In this document: one piece after another, positions 1 through 9,701 of the stretch
How the letters are laid out: the number at the start of each line of letters is the position of its first letter
Numbering within the stretch: the stretch's first letter is position 1
NCBI GenBank assembly: GCA_951813565.1
Contig: OX638351.1
Location: 160,001-224,000, forward strand
DNA from: an uncultured Poribacteria bacterium
GTDB lineage: Bacteria > Poribacteria > WGA-4E > WGA-3G
Length of the DNA stretch: 64,000 nucleotides
Direction: 5' to 3'
Program-made: the position numbers and the translations under genes
Notes under the pieces: generated by a model
The model's database searches: none
What the model was told of the DNA's origin: nothing
The model's input: only the letters and a program-made list of their open reading frames with translations

Positions 1-1102
1 CAACCTTATGAATGTTCATAGCAGCGTTTATATCGCGGTCATGAGAGATTTTGCAGTGATGACAATACCAATCGCGCACACTCAAATTAAAGAACATTTG
101 GATTTGTCCGCAGGCGTGGCAAACTTTGCTTGTGGGTGTCCATCTGTCAATCTGCTTGACATGCTTGCATCGTTTTTGTGCTTGCCATTCGAATTTCTGC
201 ATGAAGTCTGCAAAGCCGTAGTCAGAGACTTTTCGTCCCCAGAGGCGTTTCATGCCGTCAAGGTTCAAGTCTTCAAAGAAACAGACATCAAACTTTCTGA
301 CAAGTTCAAGTGCGAGTTTCCAGTGATGGTCTTCACGTTGCCGATTGATTTTCCTGTGTACCCGTGCAAGGTCTTTCCTCGCACGCTCGCGATTGTTGCT
401 GCCTTTTTGCTTCCGAGACAACGCACGACTCGCACGCTTGATAAGTGTAGAAGCAGATTTATAGAATTCTGGAGATTGATATTTCGTGCCATCGGAACAG
501 GTGAGGAAGTGCTTGAGTCCAAAGTCAAACCCTGCTGTCCTACCAGTCTTAGGTGCAGGCTCAAGTCCCTCAGTGTCTGTTGTGATAGTGATATACCAAT
601 CCCCTACAAAGTCTTTCTTAACGGTAACCTGTTTGATGTTGCCTTCAATAGGTCTGCTATACCAGAATCGGTACCAGCGTCTATTGATACGGATTTTCGC
701 AACGGGGCAGCCATCTATTTTGTCAATAGTTTCTATCTTAACTTGGCTACCATCAAAAGTCATAGATTTATATTTATACCGACTTCTAAATTTAGGTGGA
801 CGCTTGGCTCTACCTTCAAAGAAGTTTTGCCAACCTCTGTCAACACGTTGGATACATTCTTGCAAACACCAAGAATACGGAACAGTCCAGTGTTGATATT
901 TAGCAAGTCGTTTCAGTTTCGTCAGATGTTTAATCATTCTGTAGCAGCTTGGACGCTTATAGTCTTCGCAATGTCCGTAGATGCGATAGTGACGCTGCCA
1001 CAACGCAATAAAATGGTTGTGGACATGCGCAATGATACGCAGGTCTTTTTGCAGATGACGATTGCGTTTATGTTTTTGTCCCTTGTATTTGTAGGTTCGC
1101 AT
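1..1102 (-). CDS. tnpB: RNA-guided endonuclease TnpB (IS200/IS605 family), 3' end runs off the window
   Basis: Manual minus-strand translation from ATG 1102: MRTYKYKGQKHKRNRHL...AGFDFGLKHFL (RuvC I)...FEDLNLDGMKRLWGRKVSD (RuvC II)...TSKVCHACG...WYCHHC (Zn finger)...HDRDINAAMNI (RuvC III). The listed 8..1264 + ORF is its antisense shadow. Confidence 0.93.
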   Translation of the reverse strand, partial: MRTYKYKGQKHKRNRHLQKDLRIIAHVHNHFIALWQRHYRIYGHCEDYKRPSCYRMIKHLTKLKRLAKYQHWTVPYSWCLQECIQRVDRGWQNFFEGRAKRPPKFRSRYKYKSMTFDGSQVKIETIDKIDGCPVAKIRINRRWYRFWYSRPIEGNIKQVTVKKDFVGDWYITITTDTEGLEPAPKTGRTAGFDFGLKHFLTCSDGTKYQSPEFYKSASTLIKRASRALSRKQKGSNNRERARKDLARVHRKINRQREDHHWKLALELVRKFDVCFFEDLNLDGMKRLWGRKVSDYGFADFMQKFEWQAQKRCKHVKQIDRWTPTSKVCHACGQIQMFFNLSVRDWYCHHCKISHDRDINAAMNIHKV

Positions 1103-1292
1103 TACATATCCTTCGCATTACAATGCCAACTTCAAATGGTGCGGTGGCACTCTCAAGCGAGAGGTGAAGTCCACCGCTGTAATGCTGAATATAGTATACC
1201 ACAAGCACAAGAAAAAATCAACAAAAAAATGGAGACTTTAGCGGTGTCTACATCCCAAAGCTAAAGCAACGGGGTTTTGACACCGAAGATTG
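1..1292 (-). mobile_element. IS200/IS605-family (tnpB-only) element, left end near 1292
   Basis: Subterminal sequence 1250-1281 (acatccc..ctaaag..ggggttttgac) resembles the left end of the second element at 27113-27143. It is preceded on the minus strand by TTAT (1296-1293). Confidence 0.75.
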
Positions 1293-1295
1293 ATA

Positions 1296-2213
1296 ATGTT
1301 GTACCAATTTCTTCGCAATAACCTTTTTATTATCTTTATCTGTGCTTGTGGACTTCTCGTTATAGCGGGATATAAAATCTTGTCGAGTACCGAGTTTTCA
1401 AATAATCCGGAGATTATCTCTTCAGACACCCCTTCTGCTCAGGAACAAACCGTTGATGATAGAAATAGCAATGGGAAGATACCAAGAACATCTTCGCGCC
1501 GTAAGGGGAACTTCGGGGCGGGGCATAGTCATTCCATAGGAGATCTACCTATTCCAGAAATTTCAGAAGAAAAAAGAAAAAGAATCAGTGCACTATATGA
1601 TGGTTATCTTGGGAACAGGGATCCTTCTTGGCCGAAGGACGGACCACCTCAAGAAGAAATTGATATTCTTGTTGAGGGATTGGATAACTTAAGTGCTGCG
1701 AAGTATTTAAAAGCTTTGGGTGGATATAATGATTACGCCAGTGAATATGCGGCGAAAGCACTCGCGGAAAATCCAGACGATTTTGAAACACTGTTTATCT
1801 GGACACAACTTCGACTGCGTAGCGAGGATGCCGAAAGAATAGCAGGCTATCGCAAGCTCTTGGAAATGGATCCGAATTTCGTTCCCGCGTTGGTAGGATT
1901 AGGCTCTAAGCTTAAGGAAGACTCGCCAGAAGAAGCGATCGAACTCCTACAAAAGGCAAATAGGCTTGATCCGTCTGAGGGACTCTATGAATTAGCTTGG
2001 GCATATCAAAGGATAGGTGAGTACGATAAAGCAGTTCCTATGCTAAGCAAAGCCTATGAACGTTATAACCATCTATGGATGCTTAGCGAAATTAAGTCAA
2101 TTGAAGCTGGCACTCCCCAAATTCCACTCATCCAGCGTGAATCTCAAGAGGATAGACAAAACGAAGCTGATAATAAAGTGGATAAGGCATCACTTACGAA
2201 ACCTACCCGTTAA
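1296..2213 (+). CDS. Membrane-anchored TPR-repeat protein
   Basis: N-terminal hydrophobic helix; TPR-like motifs (YRKLLEMDPNFVPALVGLG, LQKANRLDP, LAWAYQRIGEYDKA). Confidence 0.75.
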   Translation: MLYQFLRNNLFIIFICACGLLVIAGYKILSSTEFSNNPEIISSDTPSAQEQTVDDRNSNGKIPRTSSRRKGNFGAGHSHSIGDLPIPEISEEKRKRISALYDGYLGNRDPSWPKDGPPQEEIDILVEGLDNLSAAKYLKALGGYNDYASEYAAKALAENPDDFETLFIWTQLRLRSEDAERIAGYRKLLEMDPNFVPALVGLGSKLKEDSPEEAIELLQKANRLDPSEGLYELAWAYQRIGEYDKAVPMLSKAYERYNHLWMLSEIKSIEAGTPQIPLIQRESQEDRQNEADNKVDKASLTKPTR

Positions 2214-2289
2214 GGTTTCAAACATGCCAAACTGTGTTATCTATCTTTGTGTCAGATTCCCTAACCTTCTATTCCTGACTTAGCGTATC

Positions 2290-3642
2290 CTATACCTCGT
2301 CAGTTTCCTGTTTGTAATCCTTCAGTTTTCGGTGCAGTGTCCGCACGCCGATATCCAGAATTTTCGCTGCTTCAGTTTTATTTCCCCCCGTCTCCGCGAG
2401 GGTTTTTTCGATTGCTTCACGTTCAATTTGTGTCATCGTCATACCGACCTTACCGATGACATCTTCCTCATTTTCTCCGTGAATGCGTGGTTGTCCGATT
2501 GATGTTTCTGTAGCCCGCTCACTCTTGGGAATAGGTAGTGGTATAAGTCCTTCATCAGTGCGTTGTTCAAGTGCTTTAGCAATGGTAGAAAGCACCTCAA
2601 GCGTTTTTCGCAGCACTGCTGCTGTATCTTCCGTATCTATTTGTAGCCAACTGGTATCTTCATCGGGAATTAGCGATGGTATCTCATCGTTATAAGTAAC
2701 ACTGGGTTCAAGCAGTCGAACCGCTGAGAGGATAAGTCCAAGGATCGTCTTATAAATGGCTACATTTTCTGTCGCAATTGTTCCAGGGTTTGGATGGACA
2801 ACTTGTATAGATGTTCCCGGCCCGTCAATAATTTGAACAGGAAATTTGGCATGTCCAAATTCTGAATTTGTTGGAAAATCTTTTAGCTCAAGTTCCTCAG
2901 AAGTTGATACGATAATAGCGGATTCAACGGCATTTTTGAGTTGCCGAATATTACCGGGCCAGTCAGCATTTTCGAGATGGTTAAGTGCATCCGGCTTTAT
3001 ACCGACAATGCTTTTATTATGTTTAGTGCCTAATTCAGAGATGAATGCATCCACAAAAAGTGGGATATCTTCGCGTCTATCACGTAAGGAAGGGATTTGA
3101 ATACGGAAAAGGTTGAGTCGGTAGTAAAGGTCCTGTCTAAAATCTTTTTTCTTAACCGATGTTTCAAGATCAACATTCGTTGCTGCGATGACTCGGACAT
3201 TAACTTTGACGTTTTTTTCGCCACCGAGTCGTGTAAATTCTTGTGTTTCTAACACACGCAGAAATTTCACCTGCACTTCAGAAGACATTTCGCCTATCTC
3301 ATCAAGGAACAGTGTGCCGCCATCTGCAAGTTCAAATAGTCCACGGCGTTGACTCGTAGCGCCAGTGAAAGCTCCCTTCTCATGTCCAAAGAGTTCGCTT
3401 TGCAGAAGGTCTTGATAAAGCACACCACAGTTGACTGCCTTGAAGAGTCGGTTTTTACGAGGGCTGTTTTCGTGGATAGTCTGCGCGACGACCTCTTTAC
3501 CAACACCTGTTTCGCCTGTGATGAGGACAGTCGCATTTGTTGGCGCGACCTGCGCGACTTGGCGCCAGACTTCTCGCATTGCTTCAGATTCACCGATGAT
3601 GGGGTATGCATTCGGATCGGTAAGGGGTGTTGGAAGATTCAT
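2290..3642 (-). CDS. Sigma-54-dependent enhancer-binding protein (AAA+ and Fis HTH, no N-terminal sensor domain)
   Basis: GETGVGKE Walker A, ELFGHEKGAFTGA, LFLDEIGE, WPGNIRQL, C-terminal GNKTEAAKILDIGVRTLHRKL; RBS GGAG before ATG 3642. Confidence 0.92.
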   Translation of the reverse strand: MNLPTPLTDPNAYPIIGESEAMREVWRQVAQVAPTNATVLITGETGVGKEVVAQTIHENSPRKNRLFKAVNCGVLYQDLLQSELFGHEKGAFTGATSQRRGLFELADGGTLFLDEIGEMSSEVQVKFLRVLETQEFTRLGGEKNVKVNVRVIAATNVDLETSVKKKDFRQDLYYRLNLFRIQIPSLRDRREDIPLFVDAFISELGTKHNKSIVGIKPDALNHLENADWPGNIRQLKNAVESAIIVSTSEELELKDFPTNSEFGHAKFPVQIIDGPGTSIQVVHPNPGTIATENVAIYKTILGLILSAVRLLEPSVTYNDEIPSLIPDEDTSWLQIDTEDTAAVLRKTLEVLSTIAKALEQRTDEGLIPLPIPKSERATETSIGQPRIHGENEEDVIGKVGMTMTQIEREAIEKTLAETGGNKTEAAKILDIGVRTLHRKLKDYKQETDEV

Positions 3643-3676
3643 TTTGTCTCCCTGAAAACTCTGGGATAAGTTTTGC

Positions 3677-4423
3677 CTAACTGTTCTGTTGGACAATTTC
3701 AAGAATCAGTTGAGGGTTATCTTTCACCTTTTCAAACACCTCAAAACCATCGCTACACGAGGCTTCGCACAATCTTCTCATCACAACACCTTTGAGCGCC
3801 CAATTTGTGGTGCGGAGGCTTTTTTGCAAAGCACTGCCAGTTTCGACAACGTGGACATTCGGTAAATCCTCATTTACCGCCTTTCTCTGACTCTTTGGGA
3901 GCAGGAAAATTAGTGTTGTCGCACGTTCTACCTCAAAAACGCGTTGTAGTGATTCAATATCGTCCGGTCTCAATAACGAAAAAACGAGGTCGTAACTTTC
4001 CAGTAAATCTACTGTTTGTTCGGGAACGCCATTCTCTCCGAATTCTAACACCTCAAGTTCGTGAAGCGGGGCAGTGTCAAAAGGGACAATAATATCTTTT
4101 TCACCAACCGGACTCAGTTTCCCATCAACTCGGCAATGATACCATGGGAAATATAGGTCAATGGTTGTCTTGCCGTATTGTTCGTGTTCCCTAATCTGTT
4201 TTAAGCCTTCCCTTAATTGAACGAACAAAGGTCCGGTAAACATTTCAGCCGCGGGTAAGCGATAGTCTCTACTTTTGTTGTGCCAACCTTCTTCATTGAA
4301 ACCACATAGTTCTTTTATTCGCGATTTAAGACGGTCAGGTGAACTGCAATCTTCAGCACTGAGTGGGTTATCAAGTTTATGTTTTTGTCCCGTTGTGTAG
4401 GAGTTAAAAATCAATATTTTCAT
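3677..4423 (-). CDS. Hypothetical protein (weak resemblance to DUF6884/YaaA-like 'PA.EM.TG' proteins)
   Basis: 248-aa ORF starting 5 bp after the secF stop; motif RLPAAEMFTG. Confidence 0.6.
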   Translation of the reverse strand: MKILIFNSYTTGQKHKLDNPLSAEDCSSPDRLKSRIKELCGFNEEGWHNKSRDYRLPAAEMFTGPLFVQLREGLKQIREHEQYGKTTIDLYFPWYHCRVDGKLSPVGEKDIIVPFDTAPLHELEVLEFGENGVPEQTVDLLESYDLVFSLLRPDDIESLQRVFEVERATTLIFLLPKSQRKAVNEDLPNVHVVETGSALQKSLRTTNWALKGVVMRRLCEASCSDGFEVFEKVKDNPQLILEIVQQNS

Positions 4424-4427
4424 AAAA

Positions 4428-5594
4428 TTACGCTTTCGCTTTTTGCTCTCTTTGCTGCCATATATACAGAATCGGACTGGCGACGAAGACTGAAGAATAC
4501 GTTCCTATTAATACGCCAACAATAAGTGCTAAGGCGAATGTATTAATTTCCTCACCCGAATTGGAGAGCACGAAGATAACAACAACAACAAACAGAGTTG
4601 TTATAGAGGTAATAACGGTTCGGCTCAGTGATTGATTGATGCTTCGGTTTAGTACCTCTACGTAGTCGATGCCGCGCAAAGATACGCCATTTTCTCGGAT
4701 ACGGTCAAATACAACGATTGTGTCGTTAAGCGAATACCCGATAATTGTGAGGAATGCAGCGACGGTAGGTAGATTAATTTCCTTTGATAGGATAGCAAAA
4801 AGCCCCAAGGTAATAAGTACATCGTGAACAAGTGCTGCAATAGCGCCTATAGCAAAACGGAACTCAAACCGCCAAGAGATATAAATCAGTAAAATTGCTA
4901 TTGATGACAAAACAGACCAGAGCGCAGACCACTTGAGGGTGCGTCCAACACTCGGCCCCACTTCAGTAACATTTACACCTTCGGGGTCAGCTTTCCAACC
5001 GTCCCCTCCTTCGATGAGGACGTCTGAGAGGATTCTTCCAACGCTCGCTTGTATTTGAATAGTAGCGTTTTCGGTTAAATCTACACCGAATTCCTGTGCC
5101 AAAGTCAACTGAATCGCTGTGCCTTCACTAACAAGTTCCCGGGAGAGAATCGCGTTGCGCCTTTGTTCATTACCATCAATCAGATCGACTGTGTCACCGG
5201 ATTTTAACAGATGTACTTTTTCGGTTGAACTGCTCACCTGAAGACTTGTTGCGGTTGCATCTCCTGGGTCAGCTATAATAGGTATATTAATGGACTGTTG
5301 TTGAAATTCGGGACGATGCCCCATAGAAATGTAAGCCTTATTTTCGTCGGACTCAAGTTGTATTTTGGCATCCGCGTAGCCTACTTCAGACAACTTGGTT
5401 TTCAACTCGGCTTCTGTTACTGCCCTATTGAATATCGCTTCAACCCTGACACCCCCTCGGAAGTCAATTCCAAAATTCGGGCCACCCTGCACAACAAGAA
5501 AAATAATACCGATACTGATTAACAGAGCAGAGAACAAAAACCCGGTACGGTGTTTACTGATAAAATCAAAGTTTGTATCTTTCAGAAATTCCAA
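4428..5594 (-). CDS. secF: Protein translocase subunit SecF
   Basis: GIDFRGG, VGPSVG, ALVHDVLITLG, GYSLNDTIVVFDRIRE, GTYSSVFVASP. Confidence 0.97.
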   Translation of the reverse strand: MEFLKDTNFDFISKHRTGFLFSALLISIGIIFLVVQGGPNFGIDFRGGVRVEAIFNRAVTEAELKTKLSEVGYADAKIQLESDENKAYISMGHRPEFQQQSINIPIIADPGDATATSLQVSSSTEKVHLLKSGDTVDLIDGNEQRRNAILSRELVSEGTAIQLTLAQEFGVDLTENATIQIQASVGRILSDVLIEGGDGWKADPEGVNVTEVGPSVGRTLKWSALWSVLSSIAILLIYISWRFEFRFAIGAIAALVHDVLITLGLFAILSKEINLPTVAAFLTIIGYSLNDTIVVFDRIRENGVSLRGIDYVEVLNRSINQSLSRTVITSITTLFVVVVIFVLSNSGEEINTFALALIVGVLIGTYSSVFVASPILYIWQQREQKAKA

Positions 5595-5713
5595 TTTTAT
5601 ATCCTTCCATATTCGCTTTTCCTGCTGGGAAAATCAGCAGGTTTCAACTCAAATACGCTTAGGTATGTGTTAGATTAGGTAATGCTTTTTGATGCGGAGT
5701 AGACTCCTATAAA

Positions 5714-7660
5714 TTAGATGCTTAATTTCTCCACGTCCCTATTTCCGATTGCCAGTCCGTATATTTCGCGCGTAACAACGATTGCGGTGAACATACTCGC
5801 GAGAATACCGATACCGAGCGTTACTGCAAATCCTTTAATTGGGCCTGTGCCGAAATGGTATAGAACGAGTGCAGTAAAAAATGTTGTGAGATTTGCATCC
5901 AAAATTGTTATAAATGCCCGTTGATAGCCGCTCGTAATTGCTGACCAGACAGCTTTCCCTGTTCGCAATTCTTCGCGAATTCGTTCAAAGATAAGAACAT
6001 TTGCATCAACAGCCATGCCGATAGTAAGCACAAGTCCAGCAATACCTGGGAGTGTTAATGCAGCGCCAAAACCTGCCAAGGCACCGAGAATAATTATCAT
6101 ATTAAAGACGAGTGCAACAATAGCAATTAACCCAGAGAATCGATAGTAAATTACCATGAAGATGAGGACAGCCAATAGTCCAATAATCGCAGCTTTAACC
6201 CCATTGTCAATAGACTCTTGACCAAGCGTAGGACCAACAGCCCGTTCTTCACCTACTTTAACACCTACAGGAAAAGCACCGGCCTTAAGGATATTTGAGA
6301 GATAATTTGCCTCCTCAAAAGTAAAGTTTCCTGTAATTGACGCACTGCCAAAAATTTGGGTTTCAATAACTGGCGCAGACTGCACTGTATCGTCAAGCAG
6401 TATCGCCAAATGTTCTCCGACATGGTCACCCGTAATTTTGGCAAATTTCCTTGTACCTTCGCCATCAAAATCCATAAGGACGACGATGTCAAAAGTGGTG
6501 TTTCCGCTTGCTGGTCTTGCATCATCAATATTATGACCTGTTAAGAGGACAGGGCTTTCTATAACATACCAATTCCCTGTTTCATAATGATAACGAATTT
6601 CACTGTCCTCGGGGAGGTTATCTGGAATTGGTGTATCTGCTGAACCGGACCATAAGTTGCCGCCTGCGGGGGATTTCTTCACCATCTTAAATTCTAAGCG
6701 ACCCATTGTCTGCACAATACGGAGCGGTTTTGATGAATCCTTGGCGCCGGGCAATTCAATGATAATTCGTGGGCGATTTGCTTCCTGACGGATAGAAGGT
6801 TCAGCAACGCCAAAAGCATCTACTCGGTTTCGCAAAACTATCAATACTTGTTCAATTGCTTGGTCGCTATATTCTTGCATTCCTTTGTCATCCAAGCGTA
6901 GTTGATAAGTGGATTGCGTATCTTTCTCCGTGATAACTTCTGCGTTCTCAAAAAAATCTATATCGTTTAAGAGATCAACAGCTTTTTCCAGATACGTCTT
7001 TTTTTCTTTTGGATCGGATCTGAATCGAGAAGGGATTTCAACAAGCACGTTTAGCGCATCTTCACCATTGACCTGTTCCGCTTGTCGGCACAATACTTGC
7101 TCAGCTTTAAGCGTCTCAGGAATAGAAAATGAATGTGCTTTTAACAACTCTCTTTTAGACTTTTCCAGATCCACTTCCAAAACAAGGTGAACACCACCTT
7201 TCAAATCCAAACCCAGCTTTAATCGGTTGTCGGGTATTATTCTCCGTAACGTAGTTGGGAGACTACCGTGTAGGTGTAAATTCTCTAAGGTTGCAGCAGG
7301 ATTTTCTTTCGCTTCGTCAGAGATTAGTCTGACGAAAAATTCTTTTGTTTCAGTGGTGTCAAACTGATAGTCAACCGTTTCTTTAAATCCAAGTTTCTCT
7401 AAATGGACTTTAAAGACATCTTGGAGTTCAGTAACTGTCTCTTGAAAATTTTTACCTTCAGGATATTCTACGTCCGCTAAGTCCACCTTTAAAGCATTTT
7501 CCTCGCTGACTTCAAAAGGCGGGAGGTCTTCTTGCATCCATAACGGCAGATTTCCATACAACGGAAGATAAAAACGATCTGGTGTAGGAATAAGGTATAA
7601 AACCGATAACAGCAAAATACCAACGATTAAAACAATTTTCCAGATATTAAATCTGTACAT
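5714..7660 (-). CDS. secD: Protein translocase subunit SecD
   Basis: LGLDLKGG, LRNRVDAFGVAEP, VGPTLG, LTLPGIAGLVLTIGMAVDANVLIFERIREE. Confidence 0.97.
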   Translation of the reverse strand: MYRFNIWKIVLIVGILLLSVLYLIPTPDRFYLPLYGNLPLWMQEDLPPFEVSEENALKVDLADVEYPEGKNFQETVTELQDVFKVHLEKLGFKETVDYQFDTTETKEFFVRLISDEAKENPAATLENLHLHGSLPTTLRRIIPDNRLKLGLDLKGGVHLVLEVDLEKSKRELLKAHSFSIPETLKAEQVLCRQAEQVNGEDALNVLVEIPSRFRSDPKEKKTYLEKAVDLLNDIDFFENAEVITEKDTQSTYQLRLDDKGMQEYSDQAIEQVLIVLRNRVDAFGVAEPSIRQEANRPRIIIELPGAKDSSKPLRIVQTMGRLEFKMVKKSPAGGNLWSGSADTPIPDNLPEDSEIRYHYETGNWYVIESPVLLTGHNIDDARPASGNTTFDIVVLMDFDGEGTRKFAKITGDHVGEHLAILLDDTVQSAPVIETQIFGSASITGNFTFEEANYLSNILKAGAFPVGVKVGEERAVGPTLGQESIDNGVKAAIIGLLAVLIFMVIYYRFSGLIAIVALVFNMIIILGALAGFGAALTLPGIAGLVLTIGMAVDANVLIFERIREELRTGKAVWSAITSGYQRAFITILDANLTTFFTALVLYHFGTGPIKGFAVTLGIGILASMFTAIVVTREIYGLAIGNRDVEKLSI

Positions 7661-7915
7661 CAAATGCTCCTATTTTCTAAAACTATATTTATGGATGGCA
7701 GAATTAGCGAGATAAGAAAAATCTTAATGTATGTCTGTTATGTTCAGAAAAACCAAATGAATGCTGAACTATGAGAATAAAGGATTCACTCTCCAAACGC
7801 GGTTCACCTTTCATCCACAATTCTTCAGTCAATCGTCCGCATCCGAACGAAGTAGTACTCAAATATGTGTTTGTAAGCCTACCATCCTGTACATCTATCT
7901 AAGAATATTTATAGG

Positions 7916-7988
7916 TGCGCCTGGGAGGAATCGAACCCCCGACACGAGGCTTAGGAAGCCCCTGCTCTATCCCCTGAGCTACAGGCGC
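7916..7988 (-). tRNA. tRNA-Arg (anticodon CCT)
   Basis: GCGCCTG-TAGCTCAGGGGATAGAGC-A-GGGGC TTCCTAA GCCTC...GGGGG TTCGATT CCTCC-CAGGCGC-A cloverleaf; CCA end not fully encoded. Confidence 0.95.
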
Positions 7989-8057
7989 GTTTACCGTTAG
8001 AACCTCGTTCAAGGCCCAATTGTTGATCTATCTATTTAAAATATAACAAAGTATTGG

Positions 8058-8573
8058 CTAAAATTCAACGAGAGAAAAGATCGGTTGATCCGCTACTTTT
8101 TTTCGTCCCTTGAATTCCGTGAGTTCTAATAAGAGAGCAATACCTATTACATCCCCGCCAAGTTTTTCGACGAGTTCAATTGAGGCAGAAAGAGTTCCCC
8201 CAGTCGCTAAAACATCATCGCATATAAGCACACGACACCCTCTTGAGAAAGCATCTTGATGAATAGCAAGCGTATCAGTACCATATTCAAGGTCGTAGGT
8301 CACTTCATAGCAATCAAAAGGTAATTTCCCACTTTTACGGATGGGAACAAAACCGATACCGAGGCGATGTGCAAGCGCTGCAGCCAGAATGAAACCTCGC
8401 GCATCAATTCCCACAATTACGTCAATTACCTCAGATTTAAAACGGTTCGCGAATACGTCGATTGCGGCATTAAAGGCTAATCCATTTCCTAAAAGCGGCG
8501 TAATATCTTTATATGCTACACCCTGTTTTGGAAAATTCGGTATCTCTCGAATAAATTTGGAAAAATCGCTCAT
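8058..8573 (-). CDS. apt: Adenine phosphoribosyltransferase
   Basis: FPKQGVAYKDITPLL, GIDARGF, YDLEYG, DDVLATGGT. Confidence 0.97.
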   Translation of the reverse strand: MSDFSKFIREIPNFPKQGVAYKDITPLLGNGLAFNAAIDVFANRFKSEVIDVIVGIDARGFILAAALAHRLGIGFVPIRKSGKLPFDCYEVTYDLEYGTDTLAIHQDAFSRGCRVLICDDVLATGGTLSASIELVEKLGGDVIGIALLLELTEFKGRKKVADQPIFSLVEF

Positions 8574-8607
8574 ACGTATTTACTTTTAACTCTTGTGCTT
8601 TCTCGTC

Positions 8608-9660
8608 TTACAGAGATGTAGCATGTGGATGAATCATAATCTTCATACCCTTTCGGGATTCCATAGCCTCAAAGGCTTTGTCAATTTCAACAAGTGGAAA
8701 ATGGTGCGTGATAAGCGGTTGGACACGGACTAAACCCTTTTCAAGGAGACGAACCGCCAATTCATGATGGCGAGGCACACACCCGTGGGAACCGGTAACG
8801 AAGCATTCTTTATAGTGGATCGTATTGGAGAGAACACTCATCGGACGCATTGTCTTTGGCAATCCACCGAACAGATTGACATAGCCGCGGTGTGCAACCA
8901 TTTCAACACCTTGTTCATGCGCCTCAACAGAAGCACAGGTTGTAATAACGATATCTGGTCCTTCTCCGTCCGTTTCTTCTCGGCAGCGTTCTACCACATC
9001 TTCCTCTTCAGAGGCGATATAGGTATCCGCTTCGTAAAACTTTGCTATCTCCATCCGCAGTTTGCTTCGTTGAACCCCGATAACTTTCGTCGCACCCATA
9101 ACGCGGGCGAGGTCAATCATCATACATCCGATCGGTCCCAAACCGATAATGACAACACTCTTACCGAGAGACATATTTACTAATTCAAGTCCATTGATAG
9201 CACAGGCGAGGGGTTCAGCGAGGGCAGCTTCATCAAAACTGAGGGTAGTGTCAAATGTGGTAACCGGTCCTTCTTCCAAAACAAGACGGGGAAGTTTCAT
9301 ATACTGCGCAAATGCACCGGGAATTTGGTAGCCGATAGCGTAATTAATATCACAGTTGTTTCCAAGTCCGTTGCGACACCAATGACATTGTCCACACGGC
9401 ACATCCGCACCGATGGAGACGCGATCACCTTCTTTTACACGAGTCACGTTTTTACCGACTTTGACTATCACGCCTGAATTTTCGTGACCGATAATCGTTG
9501 GGGGTTTGACACGAGGGTTGCCGTGATGGAAGATGCGGACATCAGAACCGCATATACTGACGGATTCAATACGCATCAGTGCGGAGTCATTATCAATTTC
9601 TGGTTCTGGAACATCCTGAACATTTAAATTTTCAAGGCTTTCAAGTATAGCCGCTTTCAT
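8608..9660 (-). CDS. Zn-dependent (polyol/L-iditol-type) dehydrogenase, MDR family
   Basis: ICGSD, GHE, CxxCxxC-7-C structural Zn site, GLGPIG. Confidence 0.88.
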   Translation of the reverse strand: MKAAILESLENLNVQDVPEPEIDNDSALMRIESVSICGSDVRIFHHGNPRVKPPTIIGHENSGVIVKVGKNVTRVKEGDRVSIGADVPCGQCHWCRNGLGNNCDINYAIGYQIPGAFAQYMKLPRLVLEEGPVTTFDTTLSFDEAALAEPLACAINGLELVNMSLGKSVVIIGLGPIGCMMIDLARVMGATKVIGVQRSKLRMEIAKFYEADTYIASEEEDVVERCREETDGEGPDIVITTCASVEAHEQGVEMVAHRGYVNLFGGLPKTMRPMSVLSNTIHYKECFVTGSHGCVPRHHELAVRLLEKGLVRVQPLITHHFPLVEIDKAFEAMESRKGMKIMIHPHATSL

Positions 9661-9701
9661 ATTTTTCCTTGTTGCCTGCAGGTCTTAAAACCTAACGTAA
9701 G

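Noticed and set aside
8..1264. 418-aa plus-strand ORF
   Set aside because: Antisense shadow of the minus-strand tnpB; no recognisable motifs
7761..8000. 79-aa ORF
   Set aside because: Overlaps the tRNA-Arg on the opposite strand
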